Positions 1 to 11,039 of a DNA stretch of 64,000 bases are shown here, in pieces. Every line of letters starts with the position of its first letter. The first letter of the stretch is position 1. This stretch comes from a plasmid, in sequence record AP025670.1. The stretch is one strand, 5' to 3'. A model generated the notes under the pieces. It was not told where the DNA came from and did not search any database. It worked only from the letters and a program-made list of their open reading frames with translations. A program made the position numbers and the translations under genes.

Positions 1-170
1 AAAAAGCAGTTTCAATCCTTTGTGCTTGAAAGATTTTATCATCGGCCATCTCTGTATTACATGGTGTGTAATACTATACCGCGATATTACACGATGTGCA
101 ATACAGAGGTATATGGATAGTGGGGGGAGTTGATAAGAAACTTGAGGGGTCAGGGTAGATCGTAGCCTGC

Positions 171-195
171 AAAAGAAAAACCCGGCTTAGCCGGG
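171..195 (-). terminator. Rho-independent terminator hairpin (CCCGGC-tta-GCCGGG) with a T-run on the minus strand, downstream of the 213..542 gene
   Basis: GC stem-loop followed by an A-run on the plus strand (T-run on the minus strand) immediately 3' of the minus-strand ORF. Confidence 0.6.
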
Positions 196-212
196 CTCTA
201 TGGTGATCTTAC

Positions 213-542
213 TCAGCGGCACTTTCCACCTAAAATCTCAGTCCAAGATGCTCGACATTGCTGCCCGACATTACTGCCCGCAGTCATAATTGCTTCTTCC
301 ACCTCTTGAGGGCAAAGATATTTCTCACCTTCTTCACAGGATGTCTGGTAGGTTCCCGGCAGGTAGAACGTCACTTCAACACCTTGCTTAATCTCTTGCC
401 GAGCTCTCTCCACCAGCTCATTCACGCTATCACGGTCAAAACCCGGCATAGATGGCAACGGAACGTCGGAAGGTACTGCGTCAATCCATTCCAGTGCGTC
501 GATCAAAGCGGCCAGTGTTTCCTGATGAGTGGTCATGTTCAT
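213..542 (-). CDS. hypothetical protein (109 aa)
   Basis: Intact ORF with a terminator downstream; no family recognised from the sequence. Confidence 0.4.
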   Translation of the reverse strand: MNMTTHQETLAALIDALEWIDAVPSDVPLPSMPGFDRDSVNELVERARQEIKQGVEVTFYLPGTYQTSCEEGEKYLCPQEVEEAIMTAGSNVGQQCRASWTEILGGKCR

Positions 543-979
543 GCTCCTGTTAAGTTCGGCTAAAACACCTTATTCATACACTATATGAATAAGGTATCAT
601 GAACAAGAACGGTCACCAAGAGCCCGCCGAAACGAAAAACTGTTTTACACTGGTGTCCTGCCAGCCCATCAAGATCCCTTACACTGAATCCCTTTTCAGT
701 CCTGTACCTTGATCCTGAATGCGAAACTGCATAGGGGCATCAGCCGAAGCCGTTACCGGTACTACCGGTTCCTCAGAAAAGAAAAACCCGCGCAAGGCGG
801 GTATGATATAGATAGGCAACCGTGCTGCTGGTGGCTGGGGAGGGCGCAGTAAACCCCAGATCACTACACAAAAAAACCAGCACTAAGGCCAGTAACTCGG
901 AACATCTTTTCATTTATTTTTTTCGTTGAAGCTTTGCCACATGATAATCAACTTTCATCACAAGAGTACGGAAATGAAA

Positions 980-1222
980 TTACTCCCCGGAACGAGGCAA
1001 AAACCTAACGTTCTCACCTTCTTCTGACAGTAGCACGCTCACTACACCGCTTTCATCAAGCAGTAACGTTGCCGTGTCTTCTAAGCCATCATCTCTACGC
1101 ACCAGCACATTGACTCGGCCAAGCTCAGGCAACAGAACAATGATGCGAGAAAGACTACTAACCAGCGTCAGGTTCCTCGCAGCAAGAGCTTCACGAACTT
1201 TATCTATAACGCTTTGCGTCAC
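980..1222 (-). CDS. hypothetical protein (80 aa)
   Basis: ORF only; no recognisable motifs. Confidence 0.25.
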   Translation of the reverse strand: MTQSVIDKVREALAARNLTLVSSLSRIIVLLPELGRVNVLVRRDDGLEDTATLLLDESGVVSVLLSEEGENVRFLPRSGE

Positions 1223-2215
1223 CAGCTGATCTCCATTGCTTCGCGTCGAAACATCTCGACGTGAAAATTATGGCACAGTTTTCAGGCGCTGAATATTTGA
1301 ATGAAAATGACGGTTTTTTGATGAGAACGTGGATTGCGATTTTATGACCGAATTTAGGACGAAAAAAAAGGCCGATTAACGGCCTAAAACATTTAATCAC
1401 ATTGGGCTCGTTTTTTTAGAGACTCTCACTCTAAAAAACAGAACACGTACTATCAGTGAATTTGCAGCATCAGAAAGCAGGGTTATTACCACTTCGTAAA
1501 TTGTGCCGTCTCTTACTTCCCCCTCGACAGCAATCAATCCAAAAACAACCCACCTAACATTTTACAGCAAACATCGTAATAACCGAAAATACCACTACAA
1601 AAAGTACCACTATATCGAGCTTTTTTTATCGGACTGCCCTCCGGCAGTTTACTACGCCACACCACTTAACAGCGCTTGTAGTTAATTCAACTACACGGGA
1701 CGTAGATTATCATGAAGTGACTAAATGGTGAAATTTATTAATGAGTTTTATTGTAATGTGCTATCGAATGGGGGTTGCAACAGCGCGTGTAACAATATAA
1801 TTAAACTCAGGCCATCCGGCCAGTAATGGCTGTGTCATACTTTCGTTTAAGCTTTCGTGTCTTATTATCAAAAAAAACGGGCCAATTGTCCGGGAACAAC
1901 CACCCAGTGTCATAAACAAAAGTGTAAAGGGAAAGGCGGGGCATTTTCACAGCATACGCTCATGAAACCTGACACACTCGGCAACCTTACCATCCAGATC
2001 AGGATTCGCTACCGCCATGCGCTCACGAACTGAACGCGGGAAATGCCGTAGTACACTTACGCGGGTCGCTCCTATACCCCAAAACCATCCCTAACATGTC
2101 GCCTTCATTAATCTGGTTAAGTTATCAACACCATTCTTTATGACTGATAAACCTAACCGAGTAACCAAAGCTCCCAGTCGGCTAACTATCCCAACTGCAA
2201 TCAACTCATCATTAG

Positions 2216-2241
2216 AGAAAAAAAAACCGGCATAAGCCGGT
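2216..2241 (-). terminator. Rho-independent terminator (ACCGGC-ataa-GCCGGT plus A-run) 3' of the minus-strand membrane-protein operon
   Basis: Stem-loop and poly-A/T tract directly downstream of the ORF ending at 2263. Confidence 0.55.
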
Positions 2242-2262
2242 CTTGGAATATTTGATTAACCA

Positions 2263-2715
2263 TTATTTCAGATGAGGCGAGCTGCCAACATCTTCGGGGT
2301 TATACATAGAGTCCTCTTCTGCCTTATCTGCTGGTGGCTCTTCGATACCCAATCGACCGATCACAATCGAACGGCCAAGACTAAAAGACACGATGCCAGT
2401 AAGAACGACACTCATTACCCCAGAGAACGAAATTGGCTTTTCAAAGACATACGTTTGAGTATCACACATGATCAGAATGAATAGGGAGTATACGAGAAAT
2501 CCCTTTGGTGTCCTGATGACGCCCTGAGCACTCACCAATGGATACCGCATACCCAGAACGGTCATAACCACCAGCGCGATAAGGACAAACGTAATTGCAA
2601 AGCTCCCAGACTCAAGCGCCATGAACGAGGTCACGACCAAAAACAGAAACGAGATATTGAACCAGTACAGCGCCCCCGGTGCCTTGATTGGCAACCCAAA
2701 CATTCCATCATTCAT
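2263..2715 (-). CDS. integral membrane protein (about 4 TM helices, 150 aa)
   Basis: Hydrophobic segments; overlaps the next ORF start (operon). Confidence 0.45.
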   Translation of the reverse strand: MNDGMFGLPIKAPGALYWFNISFLFLVVTSFMALESGSFAITFVLIALVVMTVLGMRYPLVSAQGVIRTPKGFLVYSLFILIMCDTQTYVFEKPISFSGVMSVVLTGIVSFSLGRSIVIGRLGIEEPPADKAEEDSMYNPEDVGSSPHLK

Positions 2716-3041
2716 AGTACCCCCCCGGTACGACCTGATAGTAAATAAACACGATTTTCTACGAGTAACATCTTTACACCCACAACAGTAAAAAAGTCTG
2801 GATTCAGCACGAATACCGAATCACCGATAGCCCCACCAGCTGCCGCTAAGACTCGCCCATGCAGTATATCAAGATCACGTCGTTCCAGCCCTGAAACAAT
2901 GAACACCCCTGCATAGTTTTCACCAAACCACTTCAGGCAAAACCAACCAAGCAGAGCCCCCCTCAACAACCGAAGAACTCTAACTGCAAAAACCATTATG
3001 AAAAGCGAGGCGATAAGAGAGGGGATTAAGTAGGCTGGCAT
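2712..3041 (-). CDS. small membrane protein (109 aa)
   Basis: N-terminal TM helix; stop/start overlap with the neighbouring ORFs. Confidence 0.4.
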   Translation of the reverse strand: MPAYLIPSLIASLFIMVFAVRVLRLLRGALLGWFCLKWFGENYAGVFIVSGLERRDLDILHGRVLAAAGGAIGDSVFVLNPDFFTVVGVKMLLVENRVYLLSGRTGGVL

Positions 3042-3232
3042 GGCACCGCCTCTTTTTTGACAAGCGTCAGTCGGAAATTGAAAATAGGAACCTTGTTCTT
3101 GATGCTATATGTGATTTTAACATTGCGACCGTACCTGTTTCTCAGTTGCTGAGCATGAAGAAAAGCATTGCCCGGCTCATAGTTCCGCATCACTACATCA
3201 ATTAATCTCAAACCATCTTTCTGCTTCAACAT
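3026..3232 (-). CDS. hypothetical small protein (68 aa), first gene of a 3-gene minus-strand operon
   Basis: ORF overlapping the downstream gene start. Confidence 0.25.
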   Translation of the reverse strand: MLKQKDGLRLIDVVMRNYEPGNAFLHAQQLRNRYGRNVKITYSIKNKVPIFNFRLTLVKKEAVPCQPT

Positions 3233-3326
3233 AACCCCCCCGGCTGCTCTTGATAATAAGATAAATTATCCCACGCACTCCAAGGGGGTCGAATAGCTTG
3301 ACGCTTAATTATTACTCACATGCACA

Positions 3327-4298
3327 CTACAACACACTCGAAAGCCACTTGCTTTCACCCGCAGCGTTCCAGTTAAAATCCATTTTCATATCGATAGACT
3401 GCAAAACGTTTTCATCGAATTGATGTTCGTCTTGTGCTGTTATAATTACACGGACATTCTTCTTTATTGATTTTTTTAGAAATATGAGTAGGTATTCATT
3501 ATCCAAGCAATGCCCATCATCCAAAATAAGTGTCTTCTTTTTTTTGTGTGGATATTCATTAGACCAAAACAAGATAACTCTACGCCCAGAACCTTTTAAA
3601 TGCCCATGAGGCATTAGCTTTATAAAATGACATTCCCCTGGAGTTATTGCCTTCAAATATCCTGTACAGAAACTCTTTCCCGTTCCCGGCATCCCATAAA
3701 CCAGTACATGACCATTTGTATTAACCATTTGCTCTTTAAACAGTTTCGCCAACAAAAACATTTGGCTCAACTCTTCCGAACTAACCAATTTCAAATCGTT
3801 AAACTTCCCGTCAATTTCCTTGTCGTGATACACACCATCTCGAATCGTCTCCAACTCAACACGGATTACCGTTCCACGCGTGGAAAGACCAAGCATTATC
3901 AGATAACGGATTTTCTCACTGAAAGTCTCTAACTTACGCTTGCCTTCTACTGAGCACTCGACAACTTCCGGTACATCATTCGCTATTGCTCGTTCCAGCG
4001 CACGAGGTATTCGGATCTGATAGGCTCCCCCCCCTGATATCGTAATGGCCTCATCCTGTGACATTACCAGAGGATCTGTCAGTGAGTACCCCGGCGTATA
4101 CTTCATATCGATTATCGACTCTTCAAGCAAAGCCACAAGCTCTGCATTCCGCGTGCGCCCAGTCGATAAAGCTTCCGCATCCAGCCTAATGACCAAATCA
4201 TCAGGGATTCGGACGCTCTTTGTAAGGCACTGTTGCAAATAGTCGGTGGTGATAAACTTATCATCCCCTTTTGCTGATGGAGCTGCACATGAACCCAT
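3327..4298 (-). pseudogene. P-loop (Walker A GMPGTGKS) AAA-type ATPase, 5'-truncated by IS26. The first ~24 codons of the ORF are read from inside the IS26 left end
   Basis: Walker A motif VYGMPGTGKSF; ORF start lies inside the IS26 IRL (4226-4239), so the native N-terminus is missing. Confidence 0.6.
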
Positions 4299-5045
4299 TC
4301 AAAGGCCGGCATTTTCAGCGTGACATCATTCTGTGGGCCGTACGCTGGTACTGCAAATACGGCATCAGTTACCGTGAGCTGCAGGAGATGCTGGCTGAAC
4401 GCGGAGTGAATGTCGATCACTCCACGATTTACCGCTGGGTTCAGCGTTATGCGCCTGAAATGGAAAAACGGCTGCGCTGGTACTGGCGTAACCCTTCCGA
4501 TCTTTGCCCGTGGCACATGGATGAAACCTACGTGAAGGTCAATGGCCGCTGGGCGTATCTGTACCGGGCCGTCGACAGCCGGGGCCGCACTGTCGATTTT
4601 TATCTCTCCTCCCGTCGTAACAGCAAAGCTGCATACCGGTTTCTGGGTAAAATCCTCAACAACGTGAAGAAGTGGCAGATCCCGCGATTCATCAACACGG
4701 ATAAAGCGCCCGCCTATGGTCGCGCGCTTGCTCTGCTCAAACGCGAAGGCCGGTGCCCGTCTGACGTTGAACACCGACAGATTAAGTACCGGAACAACGT
4801 GATTGAATGCGATCATGGCAAACTGAAACGGATAATCGGCGCCACGCTGGGATTTAAATCCATGAAGACGGCTTACGCCACCATCAAAGGTATTGAGGTG
4901 ATGCGTGCACTACGCAAAGGCCAGGCCTCAGCATTTTATTATGGTGATCCCCTGGGCGAAATGCGCCTGGTAAGCAGAGTTTTTGAAATGTAAGGCCTTT
5001 GAATAAGACAAAAGGCTGCCTCATCGCTAACTTTGCAACAGTGCC
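4226..5045 (+). mobile_element. IS26: IS26 (820 bp) with 14-bp terminal inverted repeats GGCACTGTTGCAAA
   Basis: Exact 14-bp inverted repeats at 4226-4239 and 5032-5045 enclosing the Tnp26 ORF; the flanking 8 bp differ (no target-site duplication). Confidence 0.95.
4289..4993 (+). CDS. tnpA: IS26 transposase Tnp26 (234 aa from MNPFKGRHFQ...)
   Basis: Protein matches the IS6-family Tnp26 sequence (MNPFKGRHFQRDIILWAVRWYCKYGISYREL...). Confidence 0.95.
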   Translation: MNPFKGRHFQRDIILWAVRWYCKYGISYRELQEMLAERGVNVDHSTIYRWVQRYAPEMEKRLRWYWRNPSDLCPWHMDETYVKVNGRWAYLYRAVDSRGRTVDFYLSSRRNSKAAYRFLGKILNNVKKWQIPRFINTDKAPAYGRALALLKREGRCPSDVEHRQIKYRNNVIECDHGKLKRIIGATLGFKSMKTAYATIKGIEVMRALRKGQASAFYYGDPLGEMRLVSRVFEM

Positions 5046-5105
5046 TCTTATTTCTAGAAAACGTATGATTGTTGTTTTCCAATCAATTGATTATTGGAGT
5101 GATTT

Positions 5106-6332
5106 TTGAGTAGTTATTTTCGTTTTATGAGCCAAGAATGGCCGCTTTTAAGCTTTGGCTTTATTACTGTTTTTATCGGTAATATTGGCCAATCATTTTT
5201 TTTGAGTTGGTATGGCGCAGATATTCAACAATCACTTAACATTTCTGCTGAGGACTATGGTTTCATTTATGCCATTGCCACGTTGTGCAGTAGTGCCGTC
5301 ATTTTTATGGTTGGCGGCCTTGTTGACCGTTGGGCTTTGCATAAAGTGGTTATTGTCGTGTCATTTTTACTTTGTGTTTCCTGTTTATTAATGGCGAACA
5401 TTCAAACTGTGTGGATGTTATTTTTTGCATTTTGGGGACTGAGGCTCGCTGGACAAGGACTCTTTCCACATACCGCGCAAACAACCATGCTTCGAGTTTA
5501 CACTCACCAAAGGGGGAAAGCGCTTAGCCTTTCTGCTAGCGGAGTTGCCTTCGGTGAAATGGTGCTTCCCATAATTTTAATGACGACTATCGCTTTGCTT
5601 GGTTGGAGGTGGAGTTGGTTGATGTTGGCATTGATAGTCATGATTATTTATTTACCAATGGCTTTAACTTTATTAAAAAAGTCGAATACATCTGATAAGA
5701 AAAAACCTTTGGAACCCAAAAGCACAAAAACACAAGAGCAAGGGCGTAGAGATGTCGTGAAAGATTGGCGATTTTGGTCGATTATTCCTGCCGTTTTATC
5801 CGCTCCATTTATTGTGACGGCCGTATTTATTCAACAAAATTACTTACTGGAACAAAAGGGATGGCCTGCAAGTTTATTAGCGAGTAGTTTCGTTGCATAT
5901 GGTTTTTTACATTGGGCAAGTTCTATGGTCTCTGGCTCTTTGATTGATCGTTTTCAAGCTAAATCTTTATTACCATTTCTTCCATTACCTTTAATTGCCG
6001 GTTTATTAGTCTTAACGTTATTGGATAATTACTGGGCTGCACCTCTATTTATGTCCTTATTTGGTCTAGGCATTGGTAGTTCCAGTCCTGTTATTAGTGC
6101 ATTATGGGTAGAGATTTATGGGACTCAGCATATTGGAGCAATCCGCTCTATGGTGACCTCAATGATGATCTTTTCTACAGCAGCTGCCCCATGGATATTT
6201 GGGATATTTATTGAAAAAGGCTGGACAGCTTCCACTCTATTTGGTTTGTTTAGCGGCCTAACTATGATCGGATTATTACTTCTTATACCTGCTTATCAGT
6301 CCTTTAAAGATAAACAGTGTCATAGTGACTAA
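5106..6332 (+). CDS. MFS-type transporter (12 predicted TM helices, 408 aa), AT-rich codon usage
   Basis: Multiple hydrophobic helices and an MFS-like loop (GLRLAGQG). Not mrx (wrong GC content and sequence). Confidence 0.6.
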   Translation: MSSYFRFMSQEWPLLSFGFITVFIGNIGQSFFLSWYGADIQQSLNISAEDYGFIYAIATLCSSAVIFMVGGLVDRWALHKVVIVVSFLLCVSCLLMANIQTVWMLFFAFWGLRLAGQGLFPHTAQTTMLRVYTHQRGKALSLSASGVAFGEMVLPIILMTTIALLGWRWSWLMLALIVMIIYLPMALTLLKKSNTSDKKKPLEPKSTKTQEQGRRDVVKDWRFWSIIPAVLSAPFIVTAVFIQQNYLLEQKGWPASLLASSFVAYGFLHWASSMVSGSLIDRFQAKSLLPFLPLPLIAGLLVLTLLDNYWAAPLFMSLFGLGIGSSSPVISALWVEIYGTQHIGAIRSMVTSMMIFSTAAAPWIFGIFIEKGWTASTLFGLFSGLTMIGLLLLIPAYQSFKDKQCHSD

Positions 6333-6687
6333 AAGAGTGTTAAAGATTAATTCATCTAATGATGAAGTGAAAAACCGTTTCTTTTTTGTTCTTACCATAT
6401 AGACCTTTTGTGATATTCGTGTAACAATTCACACATTATTAATTTTAAAAGGATTGTAAGTTGCATATTACGCCGCCTTAGGCTACCCACCTCTTTCTTC
6501 AAAATTGTCACCATTTTGCGTGACTATTATGCCGTTTGCCGGCAGGTACCTTAGTACCATTTATTCTATTAATTTCATTAAATACAATTTCAAAGCAGCA
6601 TAGTGCGTTCACTAAATTATCTTAGGCTAAATCTGCCTATAGGATCTTGTGTGCATCGATGTCGCTTTCTTTTATGATAGGATTTTC

Positions 6688-8175
6688 ATGTTAGAAAAAA
6701 TAAAACTTGAATGGTTTTCGAATGTTCGTGGCGATTTGCTCGCGGGTATTGTTGTGGCTTTAGCTCTGATCCCAGAAGCTATTGCTTTTTCTATTATTGC
6801 AGGTGTTGACCCTAAAGTTGGTCTTTACGCTTCTTTTTGTATCACTTTCATTATCTCTATTGTGGGTGGCCGCCCCGGAATGATTTCGGCTGCAACGGGT
6901 GCGATGGCGTTACTTATGGTCACTTTGGTTAAAGACCACGGTTTAGAGTATTTGTTAGCGGCAACTATGTTAACAGGGGTATTCCAAATCATAGCCGGAT
7001 ATTTAAAACTCGGCAGCTTAATGCGTTTTGTATCACGCTCTGTCGTGACGGGGTTTGTTAATGCATTAGCAATTCTTATCTTTATGGCTCAATTGCCCGA
7101 GTTAACCAATGTAACTTGGCATGTTTACGCGATGACAGCAGCAGGGTTAGGAATTGTTTATTTATTCCCATATGTTCCTGCTATCGGTAAAGCGATCCCA
7201 TCTCCTTTGATTTGCATCATCGTTTTGACAATTGTAGCAAGCGTCTCTGGAATGGATATACGAACTGTTGGTGATATGGGGCAACTTCCCGATACGCTGC
7301 CTATTTTCTTATGGCCAGAAGTTCCACTTAATCTTGAAACTTTATTCATTATTTTACCTTATTCATTGGGCCTCGCTATGGTTGGTCTGTTGGAATCAAT
7401 GATGACCGCCACGATTGTGGATGACCTTACGGATACCAAAAGTAATCGTAATCAAGAGTGTAAGGGACAAGGTATTGCTAACATTGGTGCAGGCTTAATG
7501 GGCGGTATGGCTGGTTGTGCCATGATTGGCCAGTCAATTATTAATATTAAATCTGGCGGACGTGGACGATTATCCACCTTAAGCTCCGGTATTTATCTTA
7601 TCATCATGGTAGTTTTTCTAGATGAATGGCTTAAGCAAATCCCGATGGCAGCGTTAGTTGCAGTAATGATTATGGTAGCAATTGGTACCTTTTCTTGGAG
7701 TTCAATTAGAGATCTTAAAAAGCACCCATTATCAACAAATATTGTGATGATAACGACCGTTGTTGTGGTTGTGGCAACGCATAACTTAGCAATTGGTGTT
7801 TTTGTCGGGGTGTTATTAGCGACGTTATTCTTTGCCAATAAAATTGGTCGTTTTATGGTGGTAAAAACAGAGTCACCAGTAGATGCAAGCCGAACTTATC
7901 AAGTTATGGGACAAGTCTTTTTTGCATCATCAGAGCAATTTATTGAATCATTTGATTTTAAAGAGGTGGTGAATAAAGTTGTGATTGATCTCACTCATGC
8001 TCACTTTTGGGATATTACTTCAGTATCATCACTTGATAAGGTGGTGATTAAATTCCGACGCGAAGGAACAGATGTTGAAATTATTGGGATGAGTGAAGCA
8101 ACAGAAACCATCGTTGATAAGTTTGGTGTGCATAATGATCCTAAAGAAGTCGAAAAGCTCATGGCAGGCCACTAA
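6688..8175 (+). CDS. SulP-family anion (sulfate) transporter with a C-terminal STAS domain
   Basis: About 10-12 TM helices followed by a cytoplasmic STAS-like domain (…[12 protein letters not shown]…). The ORF is listed from 6649; a likelier start is MLEKIK at 6688. Confidence 0.7.
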   Translation: MLEKIKLEWFSNVRGDLLAGIVVALALIPEAIAFSIIAGVDPKVGLYASFCITFIISIVGGRPGMISAATGAMALLMVTLVKDHGLEYLLAATMLTGVFQIIAGYLKLGSLMRFVSRSVVTGFVNALAILIFMAQLPELTNVTWHVYAMTAAGLGIVYLFPYVPAIGKAIPSPLICIIVLTIVASVSGMDIRTVGDMGQLPDTLPIFLWPEVPLNLETLFIILPYSLGLAMVGLLESMMTATIVDDLTDTKSNRNQECKGQGIANIGAGLMGGMAGCAMIGQSIINIKSGGRGRLSTLSSGIYLIIMVVFLDEWLKQIPMAALVAVMIMVAIGTFSWSSIRDLKKHPLSTNIVMITTVVVVVATHNLAIGVFVGVLLATLFFANKIGRFMVVKTESPVDASRTYQVMGQVFFASSEQFIESFDFKEVVNKVVIDLTHAHFWDITSVSSLDKVVIKFRREGTDVEIIGMSEATETIVDKFGVHNDPKEVEKLMAGH

Positions 8176-8186
8176 GGAGAAAGTAA

Positions 8187-9037
8187 TGAATAACGTAATT
8201 ACCTGTATTGATGGCTCAATCTATGCTGATTCCACTTGCCGTGCTGGCATTTGGGCATCGAATAAATTGAATAAAAAATTGTTGTTGTTACACGCAATTG
8301 AGAAAACACCATCAACCCAAGCCGAAGATCTTAGTGGTGCTATTGGCTTAGGCGCTCGTTCATCTTTATTAACTGAAATGGCCAGTTTAGATGAACAAAA
8401 AAGCAAATTAGCCTTGGAGTTAGGTAAAGAGATGCTGGAACATGCTTCTCAATTAGCGCAAGCACAAGGTTGTCACACAATTGAAAAAATGCAACGACAT
8501 AGCGGTATCGTTGAAGCCATTTATGATCTGGAAGAAGAGGCTCGTTTAATTGTGATTGGACGCTCTGGTGAAAGCCATGGTGATAATTTCAATGTGGTGG
8601 GCTCTCACATTGAGCAAATTATTCGTCAAGTTCATACTCCTGTTGTTATTGCCAATAAAGAGTTTGCAGCCCCTAAAAGTTTTATGTTGGCTTATGATGG
8701 GCGTGAAACCGCAGATAAAGCGGTGAAAACTATTATTGAAGGAGGCTTACTTCATGGTTTGACATGTCATCTTGTCAGTGTGAAAAACAATCAACCTAAA
8801 CAACAAGAAAAGTTTCAGCAAACCGAAGCTATGCTGAAAGAGAATGGATTTGAAGTATGTTCGAGTTTATTGGAAGGCAATGTATTTAATTCATTGATGG
8901 AATATAAATCGAGTCATGATGTTGAAATGCTTGTGATGGGCGCATTTTCACGCTCTAAGCTGGCACAGGTTTTCCTTGGCAGTAATACACTTAAAATGAT
9001 GGAAAGTACTCAACTACCAATGGTAATTCTTCGCTAA
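8187..9037 (+). CDS. tandem-domain universal stress protein (UspA family)
   Basis: Two Usp-like halves (…LLLLHAIE… and …VLVMGAFSRSKL…). GGAGA RBS 8 nt upstream of the ATG at 8187, directly after the SulP stop. Confidence 0.7.
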
Positions 9038-9063
9038 GAAATTTTATTGGTTGTACTATTAGT

Positions 9064-9091
9064 CCAGCACAATTGAGTGCTGGTCTTTTTT
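9064..9091 (+). terminator. Rho-independent terminator after the usp gene (CCAGCAC-aattga-GTGCTGG-TCTTTTTT)
   Basis: Perfect 7-bp stem followed by a T-run. Confidence 0.7.
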
Positions 9092-9620
9092 GTCAAATTA
9101 AGTGTGATATACCTTATCCCTCCTTAATTCTGGTTCAGAAAATCTTTCCACAGAAGTTTCTGTGCGTTTATTGATGACTCAAGTATCAATGAACAACATG
9201 TAAAAATCCGAAGTGCAGTGACACTATTTGCCCCTCAATATCAAGAGTACTTGGTTAAAACGAAAAGGCTAACTCGCAACTCTTGGAATGATCCTGTAAT
9301 GGCTGCTCTATAAGTTACTGGGTATCAAATGTTTGAGTCTAGTACAGTGAAAGTTGCACGCAGGGTTCTCAAGAAGACGGCTTTTAATAACAAATGTCGT
9401 CCACCCGACAAAGTGAATTGTGTTGGTGCTGAGTGAAGATTGTACATTCGATCCCTCGGTACTAAACTTAGTACATCTTAGTAATCCAATTGGTAAAAAT
9501 TAGACATGTTGATGAATACTTACTATTAAAAATAGACAGCTGATTAAGCTCGGTGATTTTTTTAATATTAGATACTATCAACCTATGAAAGGTAATGGTT
9601 AATCGCTTACTTATCTATCT

Positions 9621-10688
9621 TTGACAGGAATTCTTAGCCAACTGTACGTACTTTATGCTGACATCAGCAACCGAGTCATGGACACACTATCTGATTTTGC
9701 CCCAAGAGTAGAAACGTATAGTATCGACGAGCAGTATCTAGATATGACCGGCATGTCTAGAAACTTTCCATTAGAAGATTACGGTCGCAAGATACAACAA
9801 CGAATTTTGCAGATAGCTCATGTACCGGTCGGTGTTGGTTTTGCTCAAACTAAAACACTGGCTAAACTGGCAAACCATGCTGCTAAAACATGGACCAAAA
9901 CAGGCGGTGTAGTCGATTTGAGTGCTACTTCACGCCAGAAACGGCTCATGTCCCTTGTGCCTGTTAATGAAGTATGGGGTGTGGGTAGAAAAATAAGTAA
10001 CCGGCTAAATGCTATGGGGATAGTTACAGCGCTTGATTTGGCTAGGGCTGAAACAACCATGATCCGTAAAACATTCGGTGTGGTTGTAGAACGCACTGTG
10101 AGAGAGCTGAACGGTGAATCTTGCATCGAGCTTGAAGAAGTAGCAAAAACTAAAGAGCAAATCATTTGTTCACGTTCATTTGGAAAAAAAATTGAGCTCT
10201 ATGAGCATATGCATCAGGCTATCTGCGAGTATTCAGAGAGAGCAGCAGAGAAACTTCGAGCTGAAAAACGAGTCTGTTCCTTTGTTTCTGTTTTTATCCA
10301 AACCAGCCATTACGCCAGCGGACCTCAATACTACAACCACCGTTCTGAACGGTTAGAATATCCAAGTGCTGATACAAGAGACATTATCAATGCAGCAGTG
10401 CGTCTGTTAAAGACCATCTGGAAATCGGGAGTTAAATATCACAAAGCTGGCATCATGCTCACTGATTTTTCTGATCCATCAGTTACTCAACTTAATTTAT
10501 TTTCTGATAGTAAACCCTACAAAGGAAGTGAACAATTGATGAAAACCTTGGACCAGATAAATAATCGAGGTGTTAGCAAAATATGGTTCGCTGGAAAGGG
10601 AATGGACACAAACTGGCGCATGAAGCGAGAAATGCTTTCACCGGCATACACTACGAGAATTTCAGATCTTCCCGTAGTGAAGATTTAG
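9621..10688 (+). pseudogene. 3' portion of a Y-family error-prone DNA polymerase gene (UmuC/RumB/MucB-like). It lacks about 70 N-terminal codons and has no umuD partner
   Basis: Aligns with UmuC from its …LYADMSNRV… region onward (QTKTLAKLANHAAK, …LSPAYTTRISDLPVVKI C-terminus). The 580 bp upstream are non-coding. Confidence 0.8.
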
Positions 10689-11039
10689 AGGAAATCCACC
10701 AGCGTATTCAGCAGGATTCACCGCAATCCTACAATTGCTTCAACCAGTATACCTAAATTGAGAACGTCTTTCGTTTAGAATTATATTCATATTTCTGAAC
10801 ATTATTAAGATAATGAAACAATCATTATCAATTTATGATTGTTGCGATATGTCATTGATATGATTATCTTTAACACTTTTACCCTCTGGAGTTGTTCGCC
10901 TTTAACTAATTGATAGCAATGCACATAAATCGAAATGATGCCGTTTTCCTTATGTAACTAAGGAAAATAGAAAATCCTGTGTGATAGCCTTACGTCGAAT
11001 AAAAATAATACCTAGTTACACAATGACAAGGCGAGGACT

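Noticed and set aside
1503-1685. 60-aa plus-strand ORF in the left flank
   Set aside because: Low-complexity, no RBS, intergenic context
4112-4816. 234-aa ORF antisense to the IS26 transposase (and its twin at 40891..41505)
   Set aside because: Known antisense open frame inside IS26; not a gene
5106-6332. Possibility that the MFS gene next to IS26 is mrx of the mph(A) cluster
   Set aside because: The sequence is AT-rich and unlike Mrx. No mph(A) or mphR is present
9300-9480. tRNA-like T-arm fragment (…TTCGATCCC…)
   Set aside because: No matching stems or acceptor arm could be built; probably fortuitous
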